Positions 1-11,661 of a stretch of 64,000 bases of DNA are shown here, one piece after another; within the stretch, counting starts at the first letter, position 1; every line of letters begins with the position of its first letter. Below the pieces are notes generated by a model, which saw only the letters and a program-made list of their open reading frames with translations, was not told the DNA's origin and made no database searches. The position numbers and the translations under genes are program-made. Source of the DNA: Candidatus Omnitrophota bacterium (GTDB lineage Bacteria; Omnitrophota; Gorgyraeia; Duberdicusellales; 4484-171); the NCBI GenBank assembly GCA_043823745.1, contig JBDRAN010000006.1, forward strand, positions 104,176 to 168,175. Direction: 5' to 3'.

Positions 1-306
1 ATGGATATGCTTAAAAACAAAAATGTCTTGGTCACCGGGGGGGGCCGGCTTTATCGGGTCGCATATCGTCGATGAGCTGGTAGCCTGCGGTGCGCCTTGC
101 TCTGTCAACGGCCTCCTTGAGGAATTAAAAAAATCTCCGGCTGCCCCACGGTTGAGGCAGAATATCGGCCTCCGCGGCCCGGCGATGTTCGTAAAACCCA
201 TGCTGATATTACAAAAATGACTACGCTGCTTAAATGTGCGCCGCAGGTTGATTTTTTAGCGGGCCTTGAAAGAACGGTCGCGTGGTTTAAGGAGCAACGC
301 TAGCAC
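1..306 (+). pseudogene. Remnant of an NAD-dependent sugar epimerase/dehydratase gene, with N-terminal and C-terminal fragments joined by frameshifts
   Basis: Frame 1 gives MDMLKNKNVLVTGG, then a G8 run (37-44) shifts the frame to GAGFIGSHIVDEL, the Rossmann GxxGxxG N-terminus. A third frame ends in TKMTTLLKCAPQVDFLAGLERTVAWFKEQR*, a typical epimerase C-terminus. The central catalytic region is missing. Confidence 0.45.
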
Positions 307-307
307 C

Positions 308-1258
308 ATGAATATTCTTATTACCGGCGGCGCCGGTTTTATCGGGTCGCATCTGTGTAAAATGTTTCTTGCACGCAACCATAAAGTTATGTGCGTTGAT
401 AATTTTATTACGGGCTCGCGAGCGAATATTGAACCGCTTCTCTCGGATGCTCGCTTTGTGCTTCTTGAACACGACATCTCGGTACCTCTCTTTATCGATG
501 AACCGATTGACTGGGTGCTCCATTTTGCTTCGATTGCGTCCCCCAATGATTATCTGAGCGAGCCGATCAAGACGCTCAAGTCGGGCCTCTTGGGTACGCA
601 TAATTGCCTCGGGATTGCCAAAGCAAAAAAAGCAAAATTTTTTCTTGCTTCAACCAGCGAAATTTACGGCGACCCCCTTATCCACCCGCAACGAGAAGAA
701 TATTGGGGTAACGTTAATTCGATCGGTGTCCGTAGCTGCTATGATGAAAGTAAGCGCGGGGCGGAAGCGTTGACCTACGCGTATCATCGACAACATAATC
801 TACGGATACGTGTTATACGCATTTTTAATACGTACGGTCCTCATATGCAAATCGACGACGGCCGCGTTGTTTCCAATTTCATCGTTCAGGCGCTGCGCGG
901 CAAGGATATCACCATCTACGGTAAAGGAACGCAAACCAGATCATTTTGTTATATTGATGACCTCACCAGGGCTATTGCAAAGCTCATGAATACCGGATAC
1001 GAACTCCCCGTTAATATCGGGAATTCCACAGAGTTTACGATCACACGACTTGCGCATCTGGTGTTACGCTTGACTCATTCCAAGGCGCGCGTCCGACACC
1101 TAGCGCTTCCGGAGGATGACCCCAAACGGAGAAAACCCGACATAACCAAAGCAAAAAAAATTCTGGGCTGGAAACCGATTGTAACGCTTGAGGCGGGGCT
1201 CTTAAAAACTATTGCCTACTTTGAAAAAAAACTTCACGAGAAAGGATCGCCCTCATGA
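308..1258 (+). CDS. UDP-glucuronate decarboxylase (UDP-xylose synthase)-like NAD-dependent epimerase/dehydratase
   Basis: MNILITGGAGFIGSH...VDNFITGSRANIE...STSEIYGDPLIHPQREEYWGNVNSIGVRSCYDESKRGAE...RIFNTYGPHM matches UXS/ArnA C-terminal-domain family motifs. An RBS (AAGGAG) sits upstream of the ATG at 308. Confidence 0.8.
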   Translation: MNILITGGAGFIGSHLCKMFLARNHKVMCVDNFITGSRANIEPLLSDARFVLLEHDISVPLFIDEPIDWVLHFASIASPNDYLSEPIKTLKSGLLGTHNCLGIAKAKKAKFFLASTSEIYGDPLIHPQREEYWGNVNSIGVRSCYDESKRGAEALTYAYHRQHNLRIRVIRIFNTYGPHMQIDDGRVVSNFIVQALRGKDITIYGKGTQTRSFCYIDDLTRAIAKLMNTGYELPVNIGNSTEFTITRLAHLVLRLTHSKARVRHLALPEDDPKRRKPDITKAKKILGWKPIVTLEAGLLKTIAYFEKKLHEKGSPS

Positions 1259-2406
1259 CACCGACCATCGCCATACCACAACTGGACCTGCAACGGGAAT
1301 ATGCTTTCTTTAAGAAAGATATCAATGCTGCGATTGTTTCGTGCGCACGCTCGCAACGCTGGATACTCGGCGAACACGTAAAAGCCTTTGAAGAGGCCCT
1401 GGCGCGCTATCTTGGTGTGCGCCACGCGGTCGGGGTTGCCTCGGGCACCGACGCATTACTCATTGCCCTGCGCGCCGCGGCAATGCTCACCAAGAACCGG
1501 GAAGGGTTTTTTGAAAAAAGGGATGAGGTTATCACGACCGCCTTTACCTTTCTGGCGACCGGGGAAACCATTATCCGGGCCGGAGCAACACCGGTATTTG
1601 TCGATATCGAACCCGACACATTTACGATTTCCCCTAAAGCCATACAACGCGCAATTACCAAAAACACCCGCGCCATTATCCCCGTACACCTTTATGGCCG
1701 GCCGTGCGACATGAGCGCGATCATGAATATTGCGCGCACCCATACCTTAAACGTTATTGAAGATGCGGCGCAAGCCTGCGGCGCTACGTACCGGGGTTCT
1801 TTCGTGGGCTCCCTGGGAACCATGGGGGCGTTTAGTTTCTTTCCTTCCAAAAACCTCGGCGGCTGGGGTGACGGGGGCATGCTCACGACCAACGACGACA
1901 AAATAGCCCATTTCGCCCGCTGTCTACGTAACCACGGCCAACGCGCGCATTACGACGCTTCCTATCTTGGTTACAATTCGCGTCTCGACAGCCTGCAGGC
2001 AGCGGTGCTTCATGCAAAACTACCACACTTAAGCGAACTTACGCGCCGAAGGGTGACGATTGCTCACGCGTATAGCGCTGCCTTGGCTGATATCAAGAAA
2101 ATCAGCCTGCCGGTGACACCAAAACCAGTTGGGCATGCCTACAATCTTTATGTTATGAGGGTACCGGATTCCTTACGAAACGCGTTGCTCCAGCACCTCT
2201 GTTCCCGGGGGGTTGAATCGCGCGTGTACTACCCGCTTGCCCTCAATACGATGGCCGCTTTCAAAGAGGCGCGGCTTAGCGGAACGCTTGAACACACTAA
2301 GGCTGCGTGCCAGTCTGTTTTAACCTTACCATTGCACCCTTTTTTAAAAAAATCAGAGATTGCGTTTGTTGTTAAAACGGTGCGTAGTTTTTTTAAAAAA
2401 GTATAG
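1255..2406 (+). CDS. DegT/DnrJ/EryC1/StrS family PLP-dependent sugar aminotransferase (ArnB-like)
   Basis: 383-aa ORF whose start overlaps the upstream stop (ATGA). The N-terminus and length are typical of sugar 4-aminotransferases. Confidence 0.8.
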   Translation: MTPTIAIPQLDLQREYAFFKKDINAAIVSCARSQRWILGEHVKAFEEALARYLGVRHAVGVASGTDALLIALRAAAMLTKNREGFFEKRDEVITTAFTFLATGETIIRAGATPVFVDIEPDTFTISPKAIQRAITKNTRAIIPVHLYGRPCDMSAIMNIARTHTLNVIEDAAQACGATYRGSFVGSLGTMGAFSFFPSKNLGGWGDGGMLTTNDDKIAHFARCLRNHGQRAHYDASYLGYNSRLDSLQAAVLHAKLPHLSELTRRRVTIAHAYSAALADIKKISLPVTPKPVGHAYNLYVMRVPDSLRNALLQHLCSRGVESRVYYPLALNTMAAFKEARLSGTLEHTKAACQSVLTLPLHPFLKKSEIAFVVKTVRSFFKKV

Positions 2407-2455
2407 TTATATTTTCGTAAGTGTTTGTGTAACAGTTTGTTAAGAAAAATTTAGT

Positions 2456-2485
2456 TTGCCACAAAAGAGGGCGCTGTGGTATAAT
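2456..2485 (+). promoter_or_regulatory. Sigma70-like promoter upstream of dnaA (TTGCCA, 18-bp spacer, TATAAT), with nearby DnaA-box-like TGTGCATAT
   Basis: Read directly: ttgcca at 2456-2461 and tataat at 2480-2485. TGTGCATAT at about 2505-2513 has one mismatch to TGTGNAWAA. Confidence 0.45.
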
Positions 2486-2535
2486 TCTTCTTGGAAAAAG
2501 CCCCCTGTGCATATCCTGTGGATTTTGTGAATTCA

Positions 2536-3867
2536 ATGGAAAAGACCTGGCAAAATTGCAAAGAAACATTAAAGAAAACCCTGGGGGAAACCTCTTTCGA
2601 CACCTGGATCGCCCCATTGAATTTTAAGAAATTCGAGGGTCGCGCCATAGTCCTTGAGGCGCCGGACGCATTCTTCAAAAACTGGATCGAAACCAACTAT
2701 CTTACCCACATACGAGCAGCCTTGACCAGCGTGTCGCAGCAAGACGTAGAAATTATCTTTGAGGTTAACCCCAGGCTTCTCGAACGCGCCACCAATAAAA
2801 TCTTTAAAACAATTGAAAAAAATTTCCAGGAGGAACCGCAAGATTCTTTGCGTTTAAACGCCCGTTTCTCTTTTGACGCCTTTATTGTCGGGGCTTCCAA
2901 CCGCATGGCGCATGCGGCGGCCCTAGCGGTTTCGGGCTCGCCGGGCAAGGCGTATAACCCTTTGTTTCTTTACGGCGGAACGGGCCTGGGTAAAACCCAC
3001 CTTATGCAAGCGGTTGCTCACCAGATATTGTCTCAAAATCCCCAAGCGAAAGTGAAATATATCTCATCGGAAAAATTTACCAATGAGCTTATGCATTCCA
3101 TACAAAACAAGGCGACGGAGCGGTTTCGCCAGAGATATCGAAACACGGATATACTGCTGGTTGACGATATCCAGTTTTTAGCGGGAAAGGAGGCGACACA
3201 GGAAGAATTTTTTCACACCTTTAATGTTCTTTATGACTACCACAAACAAATCGTTATTTCTTCCGACCGGCCACCCAAAGAAATACGAAAATTGGAAGAA
3301 CGTCTTGTTTCTCGCTTCAGCTGGGGATTGATCGTAGACATCCAGCCACCCGACTTTGAAACGCGGGTTGCGATTCTTCACAAAAAACTCGAAAAAGACC
3401 CCATCAAGATTGATGATGATGTGATTACGTTTATCGCGAAAAACATTTCGACGAACATCCGGGAGCTCGAGGGGGCGCTGGTGCGCATTATCGCCTATTC
3501 GGCGATTGAAAATAAACCCATTTCGCTTGCCTTAGTTAAAGAGATCTTGAAAGATATGGTGAAAGAGGTTTTTAAGCGTATTACTCCGGATATCATTTTA
3601 GAGAAAGTGGGTGGTTATTTTGGGCTCTCAAAAGAAGAGCTCAAAAAAGGAAAGCGCAACAAAAACCTGGTGTTACCGCGGCAGGTGGCGATGTACCTCA
3701 TTCGAGAGCTTACCGAGCTTTCTTTTCCCGAAATCGGCGTTTTTTTTGGAGCCAAACACCACACCACCATTCTCTACGCACACAAAAAAGTAACCGAAAA
3801 CCTCCCGAAGGACGAAAAACTTAAATTAATTGTGCACAGTCTTGCACAGGAAATTAAGAACCTATAA
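2536..3867 (+). CDS. dnaA: Chromosomal replication initiator protein DnaA
   Basis: [29 protein letters not shown]-terminus, Walker [11 protein letters not shown], and AAA+ plus a C-terminal DNA-binding domain. The upstream TTG start in the ORF track is unlikely; ATG at 2536 fits the DnaA N-terminus. Confidence 0.95.
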   Translation: MEKTWQNCKETLKKTLGETSFDTWIAPLNFKKFEGRAIVLEAPDAFFKNWIETNYLTHIRAALTSVSQQDVEIIFEVNPRLLERATNKIFKTIEKNFQEEPQDSLRLNARFSFDAFIVGASNRMAHAAALAVSGSPGKAYNPLFLYGGTGLGKTHLMQAVAHQILSQNPQAKVKYISSEKFTNELMHSIQNKATERFRQRYRNTDILLVDDIQFLAGKEATQEEFFHTFNVLYDYHKQIVISSDRPPKEIRKLEERLVSRFSWGLIVDIQPPDFETRVAILHKKLEKDPIKIDDDVITFIAKNISTNIRELEGALVRIIAYSAIENKPISLALVKEILKDMVKEVFKRITPDIILEKVGGYFGLSKEELKKGKRNKNLVLPRQVAMYLIRELTELSFPEIGVFFGAKHHTTILYAHKKVTENLPKDEKLKLIVHSLAQEIKNL

Positions 3868-3961
3868 AGGTTTTTTGTGAATAAAAAACTGGTTTTTCTC
3901 TTGTTTTTTGGTACAATTATACATCTCAACAGATTCCACAACCTTTACTATTACTACTACT
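3868..3961. promoter_or_regulatory. AT-rich dnaA-dnaN intergenic region with a perfect DnaA box (TGTGAATAA at 3876-3884); candidate oriC element
   Basis: A consensus TGTGNATAA match is read directly. An AT-rich run ttactattactactactat could act as a DNA-unwinding element. Only 94 bp, so at most part of an origin. Confidence 0.35.
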
Positions 3962-5059
3962 ATGAAATTTATAATTAATAAAGAAGTATTATTAAAAGAA
4001 TTGGAAAACCTCTTAGGCCCAGCGACCACAAAACAAAACCTTCCTGTTCTCAGCAGTATTTTAATCCAGGTTTCAGACAAAAAAATAAAACTCACCACCA
4101 CAGATTTAGATATAACCATTATATCGTTTTGTGAAACCACCGTTACCGAGCCAGGAGCCGTAGCGGTTCCTATGAAGCGGTTTCTTTCAATTATTCGGGA
4201 ACTTCCTTTCGGTCAACTAACTGTGGAAACCACCAAGAACAACCTCTTAATAAGGTGTGAAAAAATCGAATTCAAAATCAATACGCTGGATACCGCCGAA
4301 TTTCCAAAAATCGAGGAGACAAAAAAAGCCTCATTTATTAAAATTAACCCGCTCGACTTACGGGATATGATTCAAATGACATCTTTTTGTGTGGGGTATG
4401 AAGATGTAAATTACGTTTTAAACGGAATCCTCTTCGAAATCTTCGAGGACGAGATCCGCCTTGTCGCAACCGACGGGAAACGGCTCGCGTATAGCAAACG
4501 AAAACTATCAAAAACCCAACCCGACATAAAAACAAAAATCTCGTTCATTCTACCCATAAAAGCCATCAATGAGCTTTTTAAACTCATTAAAGATCTAAAC
4601 GACGATATACTTTTATTTACCGAGGACAATAAGGTGGGATTTGACTTTAAAGATACACAGTTTGTTGCCAGGCCCATTGAAGGGGAATTCCCCGCCTATG
4701 AGCAGTATATACCGAAAGAAAATAAGGAAAAACTAGTGGTAAACCGGCAGCAATTTATGCTTGCGTTACGCCGGGCAGACCTTTTGTCAACCCAGGATTA
4801 TCAAGGGGTTCGCCTTGAGCTTAAAAAGGACGAGATCGTGGTTTCCAAGAACACCCCACAACTTGGCGAAGTACGCGAGGTTATTGAAGCACGCTACGCC
4901 GGGGGGCCCCTACAAATCGGGTTTAACCCCCACTACATGATCGATATGCTGAAAAACCTGGAAGACGCGGAAGCGTGCTTTGAATTTTTCGGAACAGAAA
5001 AGCCGGCAATTTTGCGAAAAGAAGACTACGTATACCTCGTGCTTCCTTTGCGCATATAG
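3962..5059 (+). CDS. dnaN: DNA polymerase III beta subunit (sliding clamp)
   Basis: MKFIINKEVLLKEL... at 365 aa with three-domain clamp architecture, directly downstream of dnaA. Confidence 0.9.
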   Translation: MKFIINKEVLLKELENLLGPATTKQNLPVLSSILIQVSDKKIKLTTTDLDITIISFCETTVTEPGAVAVPMKRFLSIIRELPFGQLTVETTKNNLLIRCEKIEFKINTLDTAEFPKIEETKKASFIKINPLDLRDMIQMTSFCVGYEDVNYVLNGILFEIFEDEIRLVATDGKRLAYSKRKLSKTQPDIKTKISFILPIKAINELFKLIKDLNDDILLFTEDNKVGFDFKDTQFVARPIEGEFPAYEQYIPKENKEKLVVNRQQFMLALRRADLLSTQDYQGVRLELKKDEIVVSKNTPQLGEVREVIEARYAGGPLQIGFNPHYMIDMLKNLEDAEACFEFFGTEKPAILRKEDYVYLVLPLRI

Positions 5060-5065
5060 CTTCAT

Positions 5066-7761
<2,696 letters not shown>

Positions 7762-7769
7762 CGAGAGCC

Positions 7770-10214
7770 ATGCAAGACCAAGGTTTTAAAGAAAATATTA
7801 TCACCAAGTATATTGAAGAAGAGGTAAAAGAGTCCTATCTCTCTTATGCGATGAGCGTTATTATGGGCCGCGCTCTTCCGGATATCCGGGATGGTTTAAA
7901 GCCGGTTCAGCGCAGGATTATGTACGCCATGGACGACTTGAGTTTGCGCCATACCAGCCCCCATAAAAAATGCGCGCGCATCGTCGGTGAGACGCTGGGT
8001 AAGTATCACCCGCATGGTGATATCGCGGTCTACGACGCGCTGGTGCGCATGGCGCAGAGTTTTTCTCTCCGGTATCCTTTAATCGACGGCCAGGGCAACT
8101 TTGGTTCTATCGACGGCGATCCTCCGGCGGCAATGAGGTATTCCGAAGCGCGGCTTTCAGCGGTTGCCGATTTTCTTCTGGAAGATCTCGATAAAAATAC
8201 CGTTAATTTCTTCCCCAATTTCGATAATTCATTACGCGAGCCGGAAGTACTTCCCTCGGTGCTGCCCACGCTTCTGGCTAACGGCGCAAGCGGCATCGCT
8301 GTCGGCATGGCGACAAACATCCCACCCCATAATTTATGCGAGGTTTGCGACGCGATCGACTACTTGATCGATAATCCCAAGGCAGACATTAAAGAGTTGC
8401 ATCGTTTTGTTAAAGGCCCTGATTTTCCGACCGGTGGCATCATTTGCGGCAAAGAAGTTATCATCGGCATGTATAAAGAGGGCAGGGGAAAGCTTACGTT
8501 GCGCGCGAAAGCAGCCATTGAGCATGAAAAGGGACGCTCTCAAATCGTGGTTACCGAAATCCCGTACCAGCTCAACAAAAGCAATCTTCTTGAGGCGATC
8601 GCCGAGCTTATTAACAGCAAAAAAATCGAAGGCGTTTCCGACCTACGCGATGAATCTAATAAGGAAGGCATTCGCATACTCCTTGAGCTCAAGCGCGACG
8701 CGCAGCCGGAGATCATTTTAAACCAGCTTTATAAGCACACCAACTTAGAGACAACCTTTGGCGCGATATTCCTGGCTATCGTCAATCGCCGACCGGAGAT
8801 CCTTACGTTAAAAGAAATGCTCGTCTATCACATTAATTTCCGCAAGGAAGTTATTGTGCGTAGGTCAAAGTTCGAATTAGACAAGGCTCAGAGACGCGCG
8901 CATATCCTGGAAGGCTTAAAGATCGCGCTTAAGTTTCTGGATCAAGTGGTTGAGATTATCAAGAAATCAAAGAACCCGCTGGAGGCCAAAGAAGGCCTGA
9001 TGAAGAAGTTTAAGTTAAGCGAGCTTCAGGCGCAGGCTATCCTTGAGATGCAGCTGGTACGGCTCTGCGCCCTTGAGCGGGAAAAGATAGACGCGGAATA
9101 CCTGGAGCTTATCAAAAAGATCGAATATTATAATCTTGTTTTAGCGTCAGAGAAAAAGCAGGAAGAGTTGATTAAGGGTGAGTTGAAACTGCTGAAAGAA
9201 AAATTTCCCGAAGGAAGGCGGACAGAGATCGTAACGCAAAAAGAAGAGATCGAGATCGAGGACCTTATCGTGGAAGAAGATATGGTAATTGCCGTGACAG
9301 GCTCCGGCTATATTAAGCGTCAGCCGCTTACCAGTTACCGTCAGCAGAAGCGCGGCGGCAGAGGGATCACCGCGATGACGACGTCCGAAGAAGATTTCGT
9401 AGAGCAGCTCTTTGTCGCCTCCAGCAAAGACACGCTGCTCATTTTTACCGACGAAGGTAAAACGTATCCCTTAAAAACGTATGAAGTGCCCTTGGGCACC
9501 CGTGTTTCAAAGGGAAGAGCCGTTATCAACGTGCTCAATCTTACCACTCAAGAACGAATGACTACCGTGTTTTCCATAGGGGAATTTGACGCCAACAAGT
9601 TTATTTTTATGGTAACACAAAAAGGGGTCATTAAGCGCACATCGCTGGATCTTTTCTCCAATATGAGAAAATCGGGCATCTGCGCGATAACCCTCGAAAA
9701 AGGAGATAGCCTTGTGGGCGCCGGTATTTGTGAAGAAAAAGATGAGGCCGTGCTCGCCACCAGGCGAGGCCTTTCGATACGGTTCGCCATAAAAGATGTG
9801 CGGCCCACCGGCAGACAGTCTCAAGGTGTTCGTGGAATAAGGCTCCTAAAGGGTGACCTCGTTCTTGGAATGGTGCTGATCCAGGGGTCACTTAAAAAGG
9901 AAGGGTCATATCTTTTAACCGCTACCGAATGCGGGTTTGGCAAGCGCACGATGATCGATGAATACCGTCTGCAATCACGCGGCGGCAAAGGAATTATTAA
10001 TATTAAGCTTTCCCCTAAGATCGGTGAAGTCAAAAAACTTATCTTGGTGAAGGAAGAAGACGAGCTGATGTGTATTACTCAAAAAGGTATTTTGATACGC
10101 ACGAAGGTTAAGGATATTCGTACCTCTGGCCGCTCTACACAGGGTGTGCACCTGATCAATCTAGAGGAAAACGATAAACTTTCTTCCATTGCCCGCATTA
10201 TTCCCGAAGAATAG
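7770..10214 (+). CDS. gyrA: DNA gyrase subunit A
   Basis: 814 aa with the active-site region ...[10 protein letters not shown] and a C-terminal beta-pinwheel of repeats. Confidence 0.95.
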   Translation: MQDQGFKENIITKYIEEEVKESYLSYAMSVIMGRALPDIRDGLKPVQRRIMYAMDDLSLRHTSPHKKCARIVGETLGKYHPHGDIAVYDALVRMAQSFSLRYPLIDGQGNFGSIDGDPPAAMRYSEARLSAVADFLLEDLDKNTVNFFPNFDNSLREPEVLPSVLPTLLANGASGIAVGMATNIPPHNLCEVCDAIDYLIDNPKADIKELHRFVKGPDFPTGGIICGKEVIIGMYKEGRGKLTLRAKAAIEHEKGRSQIVVTEIPYQLNKSNLLEAIAELINSKKIEGVSDLRDESNKEGIRILLELKRDAQPEIILNQLYKHTNLETTFGAIFLAIVNRRPEILTLKEMLVYHINFRKEVIVRRSKFELDKAQRRAHILEGLKIALKFLDQVVEIIKKSKNPLEAKEGLMKKFKLSELQAQAILEMQLVRLCALEREKIDAEYLELIKKIEYYNLVLASEKKQEELIKGELKLLKEKFPEGRRTEIVTQKEEIEIEDLIVEEDMVIAVTGSGYIKRQPLTSYRQQKRGGRGITAMTTSEEDFVEQLFVASSKDTLLIFTDEGKTYPLKTYEVPLGTRVSKGRAVINVLNLTTQERMTTVFSIGEFDANKFIFMVTQKGVIKRTSLDLFSNMRKSGICAITLEKGDSLVGAGICEEKDEAVLATRRGLSIRFAIKDVRPTGRQSQGVRGIRLLKGDLVLGMVLIQGSLKKEGSYLLTATECGFGKRTMIDEYRLQSRGGKGIINIKLSPKIGEVKKLILVKEEDELMCITQKGILIRTKVKDIRTSGRSTQGVHLINLEENDKLSSIARIIPEE

Positions 10215-10236
10215 CCGTCCATGTGGCGTATTGACA

Positions 10237-10265
10237 AAACGGGATTTCGCTTTACAATAAGCCTC
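10237..10265 (+). promoter_or_regulatory. Sigma70-like promoter for tRNA-Glu (TTGACA, 16-bp spacer, TACAAT)
   Basis: ttgacaaaacgggatttcgctttacaat is read directly upstream of the tRNA. Confidence 0.4.
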
Positions 10266-10297
10266 TACTTAGAGCCTGTTCTTTCATTTTTGTGTGC

Positions 10298-10372
10298 GTC
10301 CCCATCGTCTAGCTTGGTTCAGGACATCGCCCTTTCACGGCGACGGCGCCGGTTCAAATCCGGCTGGGGACG
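10298..10372 (+). tRNA. tRNA-Glu (anticodon UUC), no encoded CCA
   Basis: GTCCCCATCGTCTAGC...CCCTTTCACGG...GGTTCAAATCCGGCTGGGGACG. Cloverleaf was folded by hand. It closely resembles bacterial tRNA-Glu. Confidence 0.85.
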
Positions 10373-10456
10373 TTTAATTTGTAAAGTTTTCATAGTAACG
10401 CAACGGTGTCGGTTTATCGCCGCTGAATTTTGGGTTATAGGAAAAGGAGGGAACGC

Positions 10457-10957
10457 ATGAAAAAAATAGTGATTATGCTTTGGCTATTTTTTATTCTGGC
10501 GGGTACGGGCTTTTGCGAAAACCAAAAGACTTTTTTAGGAACATCTCCTTATTTCAATTATACGATAGAGTACCCTCAAAATTGGCAGGCTACCGATATG
10601 TATGGATTTGCTGTAATTGCAGCCCCCGAACAGAATAAAGAAAAAGTTCTTGTTACCGTGGCTGATTTGAGTAAGAAGCCGATGAGTTTAGAAGAATTTG
10701 CTAATGTTTGGCTTAAAATAACTTCCTTAGAAATGCAAAACTTTCAAATTATAGATAAAGGCGAAACTACCATTGGAGATAAAAAAGCTTTATTTTATAT
10801 TTATACCGGGGAAAAAGAAGGCATAAAGTTGAAATGCAAAAGATATACTTTTTCAGAAAAAACAAACATTTATGAGTTAACCTATGAAGCAAGAGACGAG
10901 CACTTTGATAAATATTTCAATGATGCTGAGAATATAATAAAATCCATAAAGTATTGA
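10457..10957 (+). CDS. Hypothetical exported protein (signal peptide) in an AT-rich islet
   Basis: Strong RBS (AAAAGGAGGG) and an ATG at 10457. MKKIVIMLWLFFILAGTGFC is signal-peptide-like. Codon usage is visibly AT-rich against the approximately 50% GC surroundings. Confidence 0.5.
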   Translation: MKKIVIMLWLFFILAGTGFCENQKTFLGTSPYFNYTIEYPQNWQATDMYGFAVIAAPEQNKEKVLVTVADLSKKPMSLEEFANVWLKITSLEMQNFQIIDKGETTIGDKKALFYIYTGEKEGIKLKCKRYTFSEKTNIYELTYEARDEHFDKYFNDAENIIKSIKY

Positions 10958-11086
10958 ATAAAGCATTCTATCAAGGCAATCCAGCCGACTTTCTTTTCAA
11001 TGGCTGGGGAACAGTGGCTAAGGCAGATTATGAATCCTTGTCGGTTCTCCCGATGTCGCCTCGCTCATCGGGATTAATTCTCCTCA

Positions 11087-11162
11087 TTTTGCACCCGATA
11101 TGTTTCTCTCGCAATTTCTCGAAATTGCGAAAATAATCAATTGAGGCAAAATGAGGATCATT
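11087..11162. repeat. Hairpin-forming dispersed repeat, about 76 bp, copy 1. A second copy in inverted orientation lies at 40544-40619.
   Basis: ttttgcacccgatatgtttctctcgcaatttCTCGaaattgcgaaaataatcaattgaggcaaaatgaggatcatt. It is internally palindromic: a tcgcaattt/aaattgcga stem plus 12-bp terminal inverted repeats tcctcattttgc/gcaaaatgagga. The reverse complement of 40544-40619 is nearly identical. Confidence 0.6.
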
Positions 11163-11164
11163 AA

Positions 11165-11186
11165 AAATCCGGCTGGGAACGTTTAT
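11165..11186 (+). repeat. Direct repeat of the tRNA-Glu 3' end (AAATCCGGCTGGGaACGTTTA, 20 of 21 identical to 10356-10376); att-like site
   Basis: Read directly. It lies about 790 bp downstream of the tRNA gene and brackets the AT-rich exported-protein gene. Confidence 0.55.
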
Positions 11187-11226
11187 TGTATGCAGCTATC
11201 GACAACGACAAACCTTATGTAACCGC

Positions 11227-11661
11227 ATGGATCCCGAAAAAAAACCGATTGGCGTAGTTATCTTTGGAGGACTCAACTGTTTTTTCTTAGGCTTTTTTCT
11301 TTTGCTTATTTTTTTAGTCACCTACTTCACGACGAAACCAAGTGATCTTGCCGGTGCGCTTGCGTTGTTTGAGAAAAAAGGTATCGCTGTCTCGCTCACC
11401 TGGCAGCAATTTAAGGTCATGAACCTTATCTATATCGCGCTGGCGTTTTTTTTTATCGTCAGCGGGTGGGGGCTGTTAACTAAAAAACAATGGGCGCGCA
11501 AAGCGACAGTGTATTTTTCTTTTGCCTGGCTTTTTTTGGCTGTCTTTACGGTAGTGCTTAACCCATCGTTTATTGGCCAGATCGCCCCGTACGCAGCGTA
11601 TCCGGGGTTTCTGGCGATATATTTTACGAGCAAGAAGATAGAAAAGCATTTCGGAGGTTAG
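11227..11661 (+). CDS. Hypothetical integral membrane protein
   Basis: 144 aa with four hydrophobic segments and no recognisable family. Confidence 0.45.
   Translation: MDPEKKPIGVVIFGGLNCFFLGFFLLLIFLVTYFTTKPSDLAGALALFEKKGIAVSLTWQQFKVMNLIYIALAFFFIVSGWGLLTKKQWARKATVYFSFAWLFLAVFTVVLNPSFIGQIAPYAAYPGFLAIYFTSKKIEKHFGG

Noticed and set aside
10954-11136. 60-aa plus-strand ORF after the islet gene
   Set aside because: It overlaps the hairpin repeat and has no RBS. Its peptide is low-complexity. It is most likely an artefact of the palindromic element.
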